Below, piece by piece: positions 1-11,190 of a DNA stretch of 64,000 nt. This DNA is from Rhina ancylostomus (Eukaryota). Position 1 is the stretch's first letter. Every line of letters begins with the position of its first letter. The notes beneath the pieces were generated by a model that saw only the letters and a program-made list of their open reading frames with translations, was not told the DNA's origin and searched no databases. The DNA lies in assembly GCA_030265395.1 (NCBI GenBank), contig JARFYF010000052.1, positions 115,350,241 to 115,414,240 of the forward strand, written 5' to 3'. Position numbers and translations under genes: made by a program.

Positions 1-1150
1 TTAAGTTAAAGATAAATAATTGCTTGAAAATATTCTGTAATGTTTTATGTGTTTTAATTTTCTATTTGGAAAAAGTAATGATATTGTTTTTAAATCCTGA
101 AATTTTTTTTGTAGTTTTTGATTTTTTTAGTATTTGTGAACGTACATTCTAAAGCATTCAGGTTGTTTATAGGTTTTGAGAGCCATTTCAAGCTGGGGAC
201 ATGGCTTCTCCAGCCATGAAAACATTTCTGTTAGTGGGACTTTTACAGTTCCCACCATGTGATTGGGTTTACGGTAGTACAGAATGTACAGCATCTCACT
301 AATCAATTCAGAGCCAACTTCAGGAACCAAGTTGTCACTGGGATATTTATTCCAGTTAAGTGCTGACCTCTAACAAGTTGGGAGCAGTGAGCGCAGGTTG
401 CTCGACACCACCAGAGTAGTTCCAGGCCAATGAATATTTCATTATATAAGTCTGTATATGAAAACATGCAGTATTCTCACGTTCCTGACAAGGAATCACA
501 CTCAGGAAAGGAAAGATCAATATCTGTCTTTGATAAATTCCCTGATATTGATACAAGTAACTAAATGTTTTTATTTTGATTTGAGTTATAGTAATACAAT
601 TAAAGTTTCTATTCTGAGAGTATCATATATATCTTATTAAAATTTATTCTGTGGTTGATATTTAATATCTGCAGGAGTTGAAGCAGTGAACATCAATACT
701 ATAATTATTATAGTCACCCATGCCCAACAATACATAATAAAAATCAATTGCATTTGCTACTGCATAAATACTTTCAATGATGTTTGCATTAGAATTGATT
801 AATGCTCCAGAATTTTTTTCTTTTTGCTGATAAACCTATGTGGTGAAACAGAAATAAAGAGATTGGAAAGTGGTCCACATTTTCCAGCATTTTGCTGTGA
901 ACAGGTTAAAGATTATACATAGAAAATAAATACAAAAATGTCACTAAGGCCATAAACACAGATTTATAGGATATTAGTTTCTTTGAATACTTCCCCACAG
1001 TATAAACCAAAAGGCCATGGAATTGGTGTTGCATAGGTCCAGGATTGTTTTAGATTTAATGAGATAAAGGAGTCTGTGTCTCATGCATCAAATGAATCGA
1101 GCTTCAGTCTCCTGTAGAGTGCACACTGTGGAGGAAGTGTTATGCATCCC

Positions 1151-3084
1151 TGCTTACAGGAAGGTAACTAAGACACATCAAACATGTGGCATAAGATTGT
1201 CATTTTACATAATGTTGCAGGAAAGCAAGGACAATAAAATTTATCCCATTCCTGAGATTAATTGTAACTCTTCCTCACAACAGGAATTTGGTAAATGTTA
1301 TTCCTCCTCCTCAATAGAATTTTACTTTAAACCACACTTAATCTATATATTTCACCAAACATGACGTATTGGATCTACATTCTGTGTATTCTCAAAGTGA
1401 TTTCAATAAGTGTGAAAGCATTTTGTGATTGACCATTGTGTAAATCTCACTGAGTGCAACAACTACAATGCTATTGCCAAAAGATGAAACAGATCTTTTT
1501 TCACAGATCATCATAATGGTGTCATTTTTCACTCAACATGAGAACATAACATTTGAAATGACATGAATATCTGTTTAAGTGCATTTTATAATATAGAGTT
1601 TGTCACTGGAGAATGATGAAGAAGAGATTGTACTGTACTGATCCTACTGATTCCAGAATTCTCTGCCATTTATTGATAAATGGATAGGCAAACAGATGAG
1701 CAGTCAGACATTGATCAAGTGCTAAACCAGAAAGAAAGTTTCAGAGCTAAAATAAACCAACCTCGGTGAAGATTGGTGTCAAACAAGGCTGCATCATTGT
1801 CCAACACTTCTCTCAATCTGTCGCCCACAATGTTACACCTCACCAACAACAAACTAACCATGCCTGTTGAGCTAATCATCAGAACTAATGCAAAGCTGCT
1901 TAGCCTGCAAAGACTACACTCTAGACCCAAAGTCACTCGAACCGCAGTAGTCAAGTTCTAAGATGCAGACTATGTTTACATTTGTACATGCTTGGGAGCT
2001 GAGCTCAAGTCATTGTCATCTTATTCACCAATTCATATGAGAAGATGGACCTTACACTCAGCGACTGCAAGACATAGATCGTCTACCAAACTGCCTCTGC
2101 TGCTCCATACTCTACAATAAATCCTGGAAAATATAGACCACCCCATATCTCAGCAAAGGCAGACATTGGTGGTGACATTCACCACCACCATTAATGCACT
2201 AGCACAGCTATTAGGTGATTGAGGAAAAGGGCATTTGAAGATCAAGATTTTGGTCCTGACACAAAATGCTTGGTCTACCAGGCAGCAATTCCTGCCTTTC
2301 TACAGCATCTCAAGAACTGGAAAAATATCACCAAGAATGCAAAATCCTCCAAATTCACTGGTAGGATAAGTAGTAATGTCAGTGTCCTCTCCTAGGCCAA
2401 CACCAACCCCCCCAGGACAGAGGCCCTGGTTACTCTCACTTGCAATATCAATTGCATGCCCAACTCCAGTCTGCTGAAGCAGACATTATATTCTGAGTTC
2501 TGTCATGGGAGAGATTAACAGGCAGAGTTAAAGGATGTGCTCAAAGTGTCATGAAGAAAAGCAATATCCTCACTGACTCCTGACAATTTCTGTCCCTTGA
2601 TCACCCAAAATGGAGAAGAAGCATTTGAACTAGTATCGAGGACCTTGTGCCCATGCATCTGGAGCACACAGAATCCCTTCATAAGCAGCAAAATGAGCAG
2701 ATCATCTCACACATACCCACCTGCACACCACGTCAGTCACCTCCTGCACCATGTATGGAAAAGTTCCCACAGTGGCCTCATTAGCCACCTCAGAAGCTCA
2801 ACCCACAAAACAAGCAAGTCATCCTTGATCCTGAGGGACTGGCAAAGAAGAAAAAGAAGATATTCAATTAAGTGTAGATGATGGTTCATTGAGTATTTTG
2901 AACACTTCCAATGTGTGCCATTTCACAAGAGGAATCTCATAAGTGTTATGCATTATGAGAAAGCGTTAAAATTAATCTCAGTAGTTGGATACATTTTATT
3001 GTCCTTGCTTTCCTGCAACATTATGTAAAATGACAATTTTTGTACCACATGTTTGATGTGTCTTAGTTAACACTTTCATAAGCA
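1151..3084. repeat. Long inverted-repeat pair (arms ~1151-1280 and ~2953-3084), possible DNA-transposon TIRs or foldback
   Basis: The left arm matches the reverse complement of the right arm, including perfect blocks TAACTAAGACACATCAAACATGTGG (25 bp) and ATTGTCATTTTACATAATGTTGCAGGAAAGCAAGGACAATAAAAT (45 bp). Confidence 0.9.
1760..2860 (+). mobile_element. Decayed RTE-clade LINE (RT to 3' end)
   Basis: The frame VELIIRTNAKLLSLQRLHSRPKVTRTAVVKF*DAD resembles the RTE RT segment leading to YADD. Downstream are LEKYHQ/KILQIHW and KDVLKVS motifs and an (AAG)-type tail at ~2845-2860. Many stops and frameshifts. Confidence 0.8.
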
Positions 3085-3824
3085 CTGGAAGGTGGCAGAA
3101 AATACAATAACAATGTGACCAGCCTAAAAATTCTTCTGAAAAACTTCTATACCCTTTCCAATCCTTTCTCATCCTCTTTGTAATGTGGTGACCAGAACTG
3201 AACACGATATTCCAGATAAGGCTGGAAGAGTGTTCTATCAAGGTTCAGCTTTTGTACCCCCTGATCCTACGATTATGTATACCTTATTAACCTGCCCTGC
3301 TGCTTTCAATGATTAATCCACACATACCCCAGTTTCCTCTGCTCCTGCATCTTTTGTAGAACAGTATCCTTTATTTGAGATTGCCTCTACATTCTTTCCA
3401 CCAAACTGCACCACCTCACACTTTGCTGCATTAAACTTCATATGCCACACTTCTGCCCCTATCACCAGCTACAATCAATCATCATCCTCTTTGCAGTTCA
3501 CTTTGCCAAATTGTCTGTCTCCTGCAAATTTAGAAATTCTGGTTTGTGCCCAAAATTTGTCTCATTAATATAGATGAAGAAAGCAATCATTAGAGAACGC
3601 CACTATGCCCCTTCCTGCAGTCCAAAAAATAACCATTCACCATGACTTTCTGTTGCCTGTAATTTAGGTAGCTTTATATCCAGGTATGTCCCTTTTGTGA
3701 AGTGTCTTTCCACTTTGTTGATAAGTCAGTTAAACGGCACATTATCAAAAGTTTCCTGGGAGTTTATGTGCATCATATGAACAGCATTACTCTCATCAAC
3801 ACATCAAGAAAACTCTAATTCATT

Positions 3825-3890
3825 GGGCATGGACCAGTTGGGCCGAAAGGCCTGTTTCTGTGCTCTATAGCTCCATGTCCCCATGACTCT
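3825..3890 (+). mobile_element. CR1 3' tail, short 5'-truncated insertion
   Basis: GGCATGGACCAGTTGGGCCGAAAGGCCTGTTTCTGTGCT matches the tails at ~35700-35755 and ~52285-52325. Flanked by ACTCTAA on both sides. Confidence 0.75.
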
Positions 3891-4017
3891 AAGTAGATTA
3901 AGCATGATTTGCCTTTATCAAATCCTTGTTGGCTTGCCTTAATCAATCCATTTTTCTTCAGGTGACTATTAATCTTGCCTGGGATCAATGTTTCTATAAG
4001 CTTTCCCACCCCCATCT

Positions 4018-4312
4018 ACATAAGAACACAAGAAATAGGAGCAGGAGGAGGCCATCTGACCTGTCAAGCCTGCTTCGCCATTCAATAAGATCATGCCTGA
4101 TCTGGCCGTGGACTCAGATCCACCTATTTGCCTTTTCCCTATAACCCTTAATTCCCCTATTATGCAAAAATCTATCTAACTGTGTCTTAAGTATATTTAA
4201 TGAGTCTCTACTGCTTCCCTGGGCAAAGAATTTCACAGATTCACTACTCTCCACGAAAAGCAGTTCTTCCTCCTCTCCATCCTAAATCTACTCCCCCGAA
4301 TCTTGAGACTAG
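4018..4312 (-). mobile_element. Younger CR1 3' end
   Basis: Begins with the ACATAAGAACACAAGAAATAGGAGCAGGAG..GGCCAT tail signature. The reverse strand encodes RVVNLWNSLP, a CR1 ORF2 C-terminal motif. Confidence 0.85.
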
Positions 4313-5580
4313 GCCCCCCATTTAACCTGAGTGGCCTGGGTTTATCTTACTTCTTTTTGAATAATGGAGTACTCACCAGTCCTATGGCACCACCCCTGTT
4401 TACAAAGGGCTTTGGAAGATTATGATCTGGACCCCCATGATTTCCTCCAAGACTTCCCTCAAAATCCAAGAATGCATCTTATCTATTCCTGATGGTTTAC
4501 TTGGTTCAGGGCAGTAGCTTTCAAGATTGACTAAGTGGGTGAATTTTGGGAATGGGAACGACAGGATGTAACGTATCTGTTGNNNNNNNNNNNNNNNNNN
4601 NNNNNNNNNNNNNNNNNNNNNNNNNNNNNNNNNNNNNNNNNNNNNNNNNNNNNNNNNNNNNNNNNNNNNNNNNNNNNNNNNNNNNNNNNNNNNNNNNNNN
4701 NNNNNNNNNNNNNNNNNNNNNNNNNNNNNNNNNNNNNNNNNNNNNNNNNNNNNNNNNNNNNNNNNNNNNNNNNNNNNNNNNNNNNNNNNNNNNNNNNNNN
4801 NNNNNNNNNNNNNNNNNNNNNNNNNNNNNNNNNNNNNNNNNNNNNNNNNNNNNNNNNNNNNNNNNNNNNNNNNNNNNNNNNNNNNNNNNNNNNNNNNNNN
4901 NNNNNNNNNNNNNNNNNNNNNNNNNNNNNNNNNNNNNNNNNNNNNNNNNNNNNNNNNNNNNNNNNNNNNNNNNNNNNNNNNNNNNNNNNNNNNNNNNNNN
5001 NNNNNNNNNNNNNNNNNNNNNNNNNNNNNNNNNNNNNNNNNNNNNNNNNNNNNNNNNNNNNNNNNNNNNNNNNNNNNNNNNNNNNNNNNNNNNNNNNNNN
5101 NNNNNNNNNNNNNNNNNNNNNNNNNNNNNNNNNNNNNNNNNNNNNNNNNNNNNNNNNNNNNNNNNNNNNNNNNNNNNNNNNNNNNNNNNNNNNNNNNNNN
5201 NNNNNNNNNNNNNNNNNNNNNNNNNNNNNNNNNNNNNNNNNNNNNNNNNNNNNNNNNNNNNNNNNNNNNNNNNNNNNNNNNNNNNNNNNNNNNNNNNNNN
5301 NNNNNNNNNNNNNNNNNNNNNNNNNNNNNNNNNNNNNNNNNNNNNNNNNNNNNNNNNNNNNNNNNNNNNNNNNNNNNNNNNNNNNNNNNNNNNNNNNNNN
5401 NNNNNNNNNNNNNNNNNNNNNNNNNNNNNNNNNNNNNNNNNNNNNNNNNNNNNNNNNNNNNNNNNNNNNNNNNNNNNNNNNNNNNNNNNNNNNNNNNNNN
5501 NNNNNNNNNNNNNNNNNNNNNNNNNNNNNNNNNNNNNNNNNNNNNNNNNNNNNNNNNNNNNNNNNNNNNNNNNNNNNNNN

Positions 5581-5740
5581 TCTTGTCTTTCTTTCTGATA
5601 AGTGTTGTGAATTTCGAAGGTGCAATCGAAATATCATTGAGGAGTTAGTACAGTGCATTTTATAAAGGCCACCTACTGCACCTGAGGTGTGCAACTGATG
5701 GATGATTACAAGAGCAAAAGATAGGGCGTCAATTAACTTG
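5581..5740 (-). mobile_element. CR1-group LINE ORF2 C-terminal relic (YKMH family)
   Basis: Minus frame LYKMHCTNSSMIFRLHL. Homologous to the copies at ~23030-23390, ~59030-59560 and ~63130-63475. Confidence 0.6.
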
Positions 5741-6879
5741 GCTATATTTTCCTTGATACTTTCAGACTTCTGATTTGTATTGGAGGGTCATTCAATTCAG
5801 CCAAATGGAAAGTATTCCAATTCCCTCTCAATGTACTTTGGGAAGTCTGGACTGAATCACTGACTGCAGGATATCCAGTTCCTGAACAGGTGTTGTAAAC
5901 ATAGATGTTATGTGGCTGATCCATTGTGATGTAATGAGTCTATCAAGTGAAACGATATCAAGGAAATAGTTTTTCTTTCTCTCCTTGCTGTCTCAAATTG
6001 TTTAGGTGACGAATGCATTCTTTACAGAGGCTGCAGCACTTCCATGTTGTTATTTCTATTAAATATCACGGGAAATGGAGCAACAGCTCCTTTGAAGTAC
6101 AGACCAGCCACAACATAATTCAATGTCTCCTACAATAACAGTTCTGACACTTCAGTGATGTTTTGGGGGATTAGTCAGGGCTATTCATAGGACGATTTTA
6201 ACATCATGCAGCCAGTCCAATATTGCTATTGGAAGAGGCACTGGTCAAAGGATCATTGCCTACAGGTCAGCCTTGGAAAAGGATAACGAGGAATATCCCA
6301 TATCTGCAGTACATCAGCCAGTGCCCTAGGTGCTACCACAATTTTCTTTACCCTGGAGCCCAATGCAAAGCCTTTTAATGTGGACTATTTTGTGAACATC
6401 TTAAATGAAATTGCTAGCCCTTGGTGAGATGGGGGTGGGGGAGCATGAGGTANNNNNNNNNNNNNNNNNNNNNNNNNNNNNNNNNNNNNNNNNNNNNNNN
6501 NNNNNNNNNNNNNNNNNNNNNNNNNNNNNNNNNNNNNNNNNNNNNNNNNNNNNNNNNNNNNNNNNNNNNNNNNNNNNNNNNNNNNNNNNNNNNNNNNNNN
6601 NNNNNNNNNNNNNNNNNNAATGTGTGATCAGCCTGGGGCCAACTGAGCCTGTGGTGATTTTGTGGAAATTCATACTCAGACCTCTACCATGAGTGTAGGA
6701 ATTATCCAGCATTACTGCATTATTTCTGGTTTTAGCATTGACCTTTCCCCATTTCTGGTTGGCATCAGTGCAGCTAGTTGGCAAAAATTTTCTTTCTTAT
6801 ATTCCACTCATACAATTTCTTCTCATTGACATGCTGAAGGTAATGTAATCTTTCATCTCCTTAAATTTAGAACATAGAA

Positions 6880-7347
6880 TCAGATTTATCATCACTGCCT
6901 TATGTGACATGGTTTCTTGTTTTGCGATAGCAATACTGTGCAAAGACATAAAAATCACTATAAATTATGAAAATAAATAAATAGTGCAAAAAAAAGGAAT
7001 AATGAGGCAGTGTTCATGGGTTCATGGACTGTTCAGAAATCTGATGGCAGAGGGGAAGAAGCTGTTTCTGAATCATTGAGTATGAGTCTTCAAGCTCCTG
7101 TACCTCCTCCCTGATGGTAGTAATGCGAAGAGGGCATGTCCCAGATGGTGAGGGTCCTTGTGATGGATGCCACCTTCTTGAAGATGTCCTTGATGGTGGG
7201 AAGGGTTGTGCCCGTGATGGAGCTGGGTGAGTCAATAGCCCTCTGCAGCCTCTTGCGATCCTGTGCATTGGAGCCTCTATACCAGGCTGTAATACAGCCA
7301 GTTAGAATGCCCTCCATTGTACACCTATAGAAATTTGTAAGAGTCAC
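6880..7347 (-). mobile_element. Rex1/Babar LINE 3' fragment
   Basis: ORF 7090-7347 TNFYRCTMEGILTGCITAWY..QDRKRLQR is a typical Rex1 ORF C-terminus, followed by a 3' UTR shared with 42925-43145. Confidence 0.9.
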
Positions 7348-7644
7348 CTATATACTCCTCTCACCATTGCCCCACCATTCTGTAACTAAAATCCAGCTTG
7401 AGCAACTGGAGCCATCTCACAATAAAGAAGAAGGTTGCTCATCACTTGAGCTAACGTGCACAGTCATCGACCCAAATCCCTGCAGCAAGGCCAGAAAGGG
7501 CTGTTGATATATTCTCTCTCCATTTTCTCTTCTCTCTGCTGTGCTATGCTACTAGCAATAGTTCATCAGCACTAGTTTATAAAGATCAACATAAGCCACT
7601 GGAGATTTTGACATCTTCTTGGAAAAATATTACGTGGAACCATA

Positions 7645-8150
7645 TAACCACCCACCAGGGTCATTCTCTCTTCTTCCCTCTTCCATCAGGCAGAAGATAC
7701 AGGAGTCTGAGGGCACATATCACCAAGCTCAAGGACAGCTTCTATCCCACTGTGATAAGACTATTTAACCATTCCTTATATGATGAGATGGACTCTTGAC
7801 CTCACAATCTACCTTGTTCTCACCTTGCACTTTATTGTCTACCTGCACTGCACTTCCCTGTAACTATGACACTTTACTCTGTATTCTGTTATTGTTTTTA
7901 CCCTGTACTACCTCAATGCACTGTGTAATGAATTGATCTGNNNNNNNNNNNNNNNNNNNNNNNNNNNNNNNNNNNNNNNNNNNNNNNNNNNNNNNNNNNN
8001 NNNNNNNNNNNNNNNNNNNNNNNNNNNNNNNNNNNNNNNNACCCTGTACTACCTCAATGCACTGTGTAATGAATTGATCTGTACAAACAGTATGCAAGAC
8101 AAGTTTTTCACTGTACCTCGGTACAAATGACAATAATAAACCAATACCAA
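7645..8150 (+). mobile_element. Rex1/Babar LINE 3' end (spans gap)
   Basis: HSLFFPLPSGRRYRSLRAHITKLKDSFYPTVIRLFN motif, then UTR ending ACAATAATAAACCAATACCAAT. Confidence 0.9.
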
Positions 8151-8264
8151 TTATCTCCAGATCTCTCCATGCAGTGAAACTGCTGCTTTAGGACACCTAT
8201 TGTATACTTATCAATGTTAAGTTTGGTGACAAGGGTGTCATTATATGTTACTCAGGGCAGGTTC

Positions 8265-8800
8265 CAGGGTCATGTCTCAGTTCCCTCAGCCACATTGTTA
8301 GTGGGTAACCATTACTTCTCCAGTGATGAAGCAGACTTCAGGAGCTTAAAGGCATCTTGACTTGATTCCAGGCAACTCATTTGGAACCCCTGTCCATAGT
8401 CACAAATCAATTGGACATTTTACAAGTGGATATATCAGTATTTGGTCATAAATCAAGTGTAACCTGGGCAAGCAATTTAGATGTTTGTCTTGTTTCCAGG
8501 ACTAAGGGGAAGCCCACAATTCTCACAAAGCCACTTGCATGTACGGCCTGCTCCTCCATCTGAAGTTTGGAGGGAAGGAGTCCACTCTATTGGCCAACAG
8601 AACTGCCATGATTTCCCTGATGGATGGTGGTTTATAAATTTCAAGGTTTCAAATATCAGCACCAATGCAAAACGAATTCAAGGCCACTGCAAACTTTAGT
8701 CAGGGTGGTTCCACACTGTGCCTGCAACATGTGGCAGATCTCTCTGACCACCTCCCTCGCCAAGGACAGTCTCCTGAGCTGCTGTTCCTCAGTTGGATTG
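8265..8800 (-). mobile_element. PIF/Harbinger (HARBI1-like) DDE transposase relic
   Basis: Ordered motifs across frameshifts on the minus strand: TEEQQLRRLSLAREVVREICHMLQ, VALNSF, GFVRIVGFPLV, NVQLICD, SSQDAF, NGYPLTMWL. These follow the Harbinger order EEQC.RRLR..REVV.EIC / IAGFP / NVQ.VCD / GS.HDA / GD.GYPL..WL. Confidence 0.75.
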
Positions 8801-9359
8801 TTAACTGAGACCACTATAAGAGCATGGATCAGGACTTTTGCTCAGCCCCCGCCCATCTCCTCATCCCACTTCTTCTTTCATTCTGGCAGATCTTTTCCTT
8901 GTCATGAATGTCCCTGAGCAATGAAGCCACCAATGAGCCCACATCTGCTGCCCACTCGATGTCTGATGGCTTCAGAAAACAGCTTTATTTCCATAATTAG
9001 TCAAAATATAAATCTCCCTACAAGCAGCACACCTCTCCCAACAAAACTGCAGGTAATTGACATTTCTTTTAGATAACATGGATTGGATGGGATTAAGGTC
9101 AAAGGCAGGCTGGAGTTTCCTGTTGCTGAGCACTACATTCCACATGTGTACGTATGTATTTATCACAGTGCATTAGGTGCAATGATGTGGCCTATTTTGG
9201 CATAGATGGCATCAAATCAGCATTGCACAAGGATTTTTACCTTCAACTCACTACTCTGCATATTTCTGGTGTGTGTATGTAACAGACCAGGAACCTTGGT
9301 ATCAGGTACTGAACTCCAATTATAGTGATCCTGCCATTTATGCCTAGGATTTTAAAAGA

Positions 9360-9690
9360 ATAAAAATACTCTGGATGTTGAAAATCTGAAATAAACACAA
9401 AACATTATAGATACTCTGCAGATCAAGCAGCATCTGTGAAGAGAGAAACAGAGTTGACATATCAGCTCAATGGCCACCCAGCGGAGATGGGAATAGTTAA
9501 GGAAAAGCAGGTTTAACCAGATTAATAGGCTTGGGAATAGTTAAGGAAAAACAGGTTTAACCAGATTAATAGGCTTAACTTCAAGTTTAGATCAACCTGA
9601 AACATTAATTGTTTCTCACTGCACGGATGACCATGCCTTGCCTGCAGAGTATTTTATAATTAACTGCATTTATTTTAGCATTTCAATGCT
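9360..9690. mobile_element. Degenerate inverted pair of Penelope-like element (PLE) terminal repeats
   Basis: 9360-9470 resembles the repeat at 26236-26380, and 9590-9690 resembles its reverse complement. Confidence 0.6.
9488..9575. repeat. Tandem duplication, 2 x 44 bp
   Basis: TGGGAATAGTTAAGGAAAA(G/A)CAGGTTTAACCAGATTAATAGGCT occurs twice with one mismatch. Confidence 0.95.
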
Positions 9691-10892
9691 GTGTTGGTAT
9701 TTTAACTCTGCAAAAGGAGTGAGAAGAAACTCAATTTCTTCTGCAATGTTTCCCTCCTTAACTGATTTCAAAGAACAGATATGGAAGGTTCGAGAAGAGC
9801 TACTTTCAGTGTTGTAGTCCCAGAGGTTGTTCCAAATGAGGGGATCCCTTGGTCTAATTCCACCTGTCAGAGGTCTGAGTGCTTTGTTTGTTGCTTTTAT
9901 CAAAGCTCCAGAGGCAGATGTCAACAATGGCCTGGATGTTATTTAAAAAGGCCACCCACAATGGCCAATACTTTGGTATTTATTCCAATCCTAAAGGCTA
10001 ACTCCTTCCCATTATCCAGAGCCAGGATTCAGTACTTCTGTATTCTGAAGTCTGTGAATTTTTAGTACATTCATTTTAAGTAGGTGAAAAGTCACTGTGG
10101 ATAACTCTGGCTCACATATCTGGATATGGAAGCTGTTGAATTGCCGCTATGCGGTCTCTGAACCTCCCCTTGACTGTGCCTAGTGCGTTTCCAAAAATGT
10201 CAAAACCATCCTATTTTGAAGCTTAAACTGTGGACTTCAATATTTCTGAGAAGTGCTCCAGCTGTGCGCACCATCTGCATGTCTGAGGCCCCTAGTGCAG
10301 ACATTGCAGATGTTACATGCTGTGTGTGCGCTCTTGCAGAACTGACAGCTCTTACTGCATGGCAATGCCCAATTATGTGACAGAAAGCACACCTTTATCC
10401 AGAACACTGTGACTTGTCCCATGAACTCATTCTTTTGTATTTTACATTTTTGCCAAAAAACCTCTAATATCTTAGTAGATTTTAGTTGTGCTTTTACAAT
10501 CACAAGGCAAAGTCAGCCATCACTTATTTAGCAATCACGCTGGCCCCTTCTTCAGCTGAGATCAGCTGCATTATCTATTTAAACAAAGAATTACCTTCCT
10601 GGAGTCCATTTGGCATTGTTTTTGTTCGTGTTGGATTGACAATCAAGAGGACCATGATGTTGAGGTAAACATGAGGATTCCCATTTACTTAACTTTCACC
10701 TCCTCTGCTCATGACCTGCCTGTGTAAAATGAAGGCACAACAGGACATTGCTATTTGTATTAGGCCAGAATACATCACAATAACAACATTGGTGAAAAAC
10801 ACTATAGGTTTCCTCACTGCAGATGCACAATTGCCTCAAGGTGACCCAATTCCTGCTGACCATGGACCATCTAAGCCCACCACTCCCATTAA

Positions 10893-11190
10893 GGGCAGGC
10901 GCAGTAGTGTAGCAGTTACTGCAATGCTTTACAGCACCAGCGACCGAGTTCAATTCCGGCCACTGTCTGTAAGGAATTTGTACGTTCTCCCTGTGTCTGC
11001 GTGGGTTTCCTCTGGGTGCTCCGGTTTCCTCCCACATTCCAAAAGATGTACAGGTTAGGAAGTTACGGACATGCTATGTTGACGCCAGAAGCGTGACAAC
11101 ACTTGCGGACTGCCCCCAGAACACTCTATGCAAAAGACACATTTCACTGTGAGTTTCAATACACATGTAACTAACAAAGATAACTTATCA
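10893..11190 (+). mobile_element. tRNA-derived V-SINE, near full length
   Basis: tRNA-like head with B-box GTTCAATTCC, V-domain core GTCTGCGTGGGTTTCCTCTGGGTGCTCCGGTTTCCTCCCACA and a 3' tail shared with the other copies in the window. Confidence 0.92.

Larger units (their letters stand above)
3120..4520 (-). mobile_element. Old CR1 LINE ORF2 fragment with nested insertions
   Basis: Minus ORF 3815-4015 VGKLIETLI..INSHLKKNGLIKASQQGFDKGKSCLIYL matches the CR1 RT motif SQHGF.KGKSCLTNL. Similar decayed sequence continues on both sides. Confidence 0.8.

Noticed and set aside
127-330. 67-aa minus-strand ORF
   Set aside because: Non-ATG start, no recognisable domain and no convincing splice signals.
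4531-5694. 350-387 aa ORFs, and all other ORFs containing X runs
   Set aside because: They are open only because N gaps contain no stop codons.
7900-8080. Apparent ~40-bp direct repeat either side of a 100-N gap
   Set aside because: Identical sequence abutting both gap edges is most simply an unmerged contig overlap.
10893-10965. tRNA-like sequence with A/B boxes
   Set aside because: It is the head of a SINE that continues into the V-core, not a tRNA gene.
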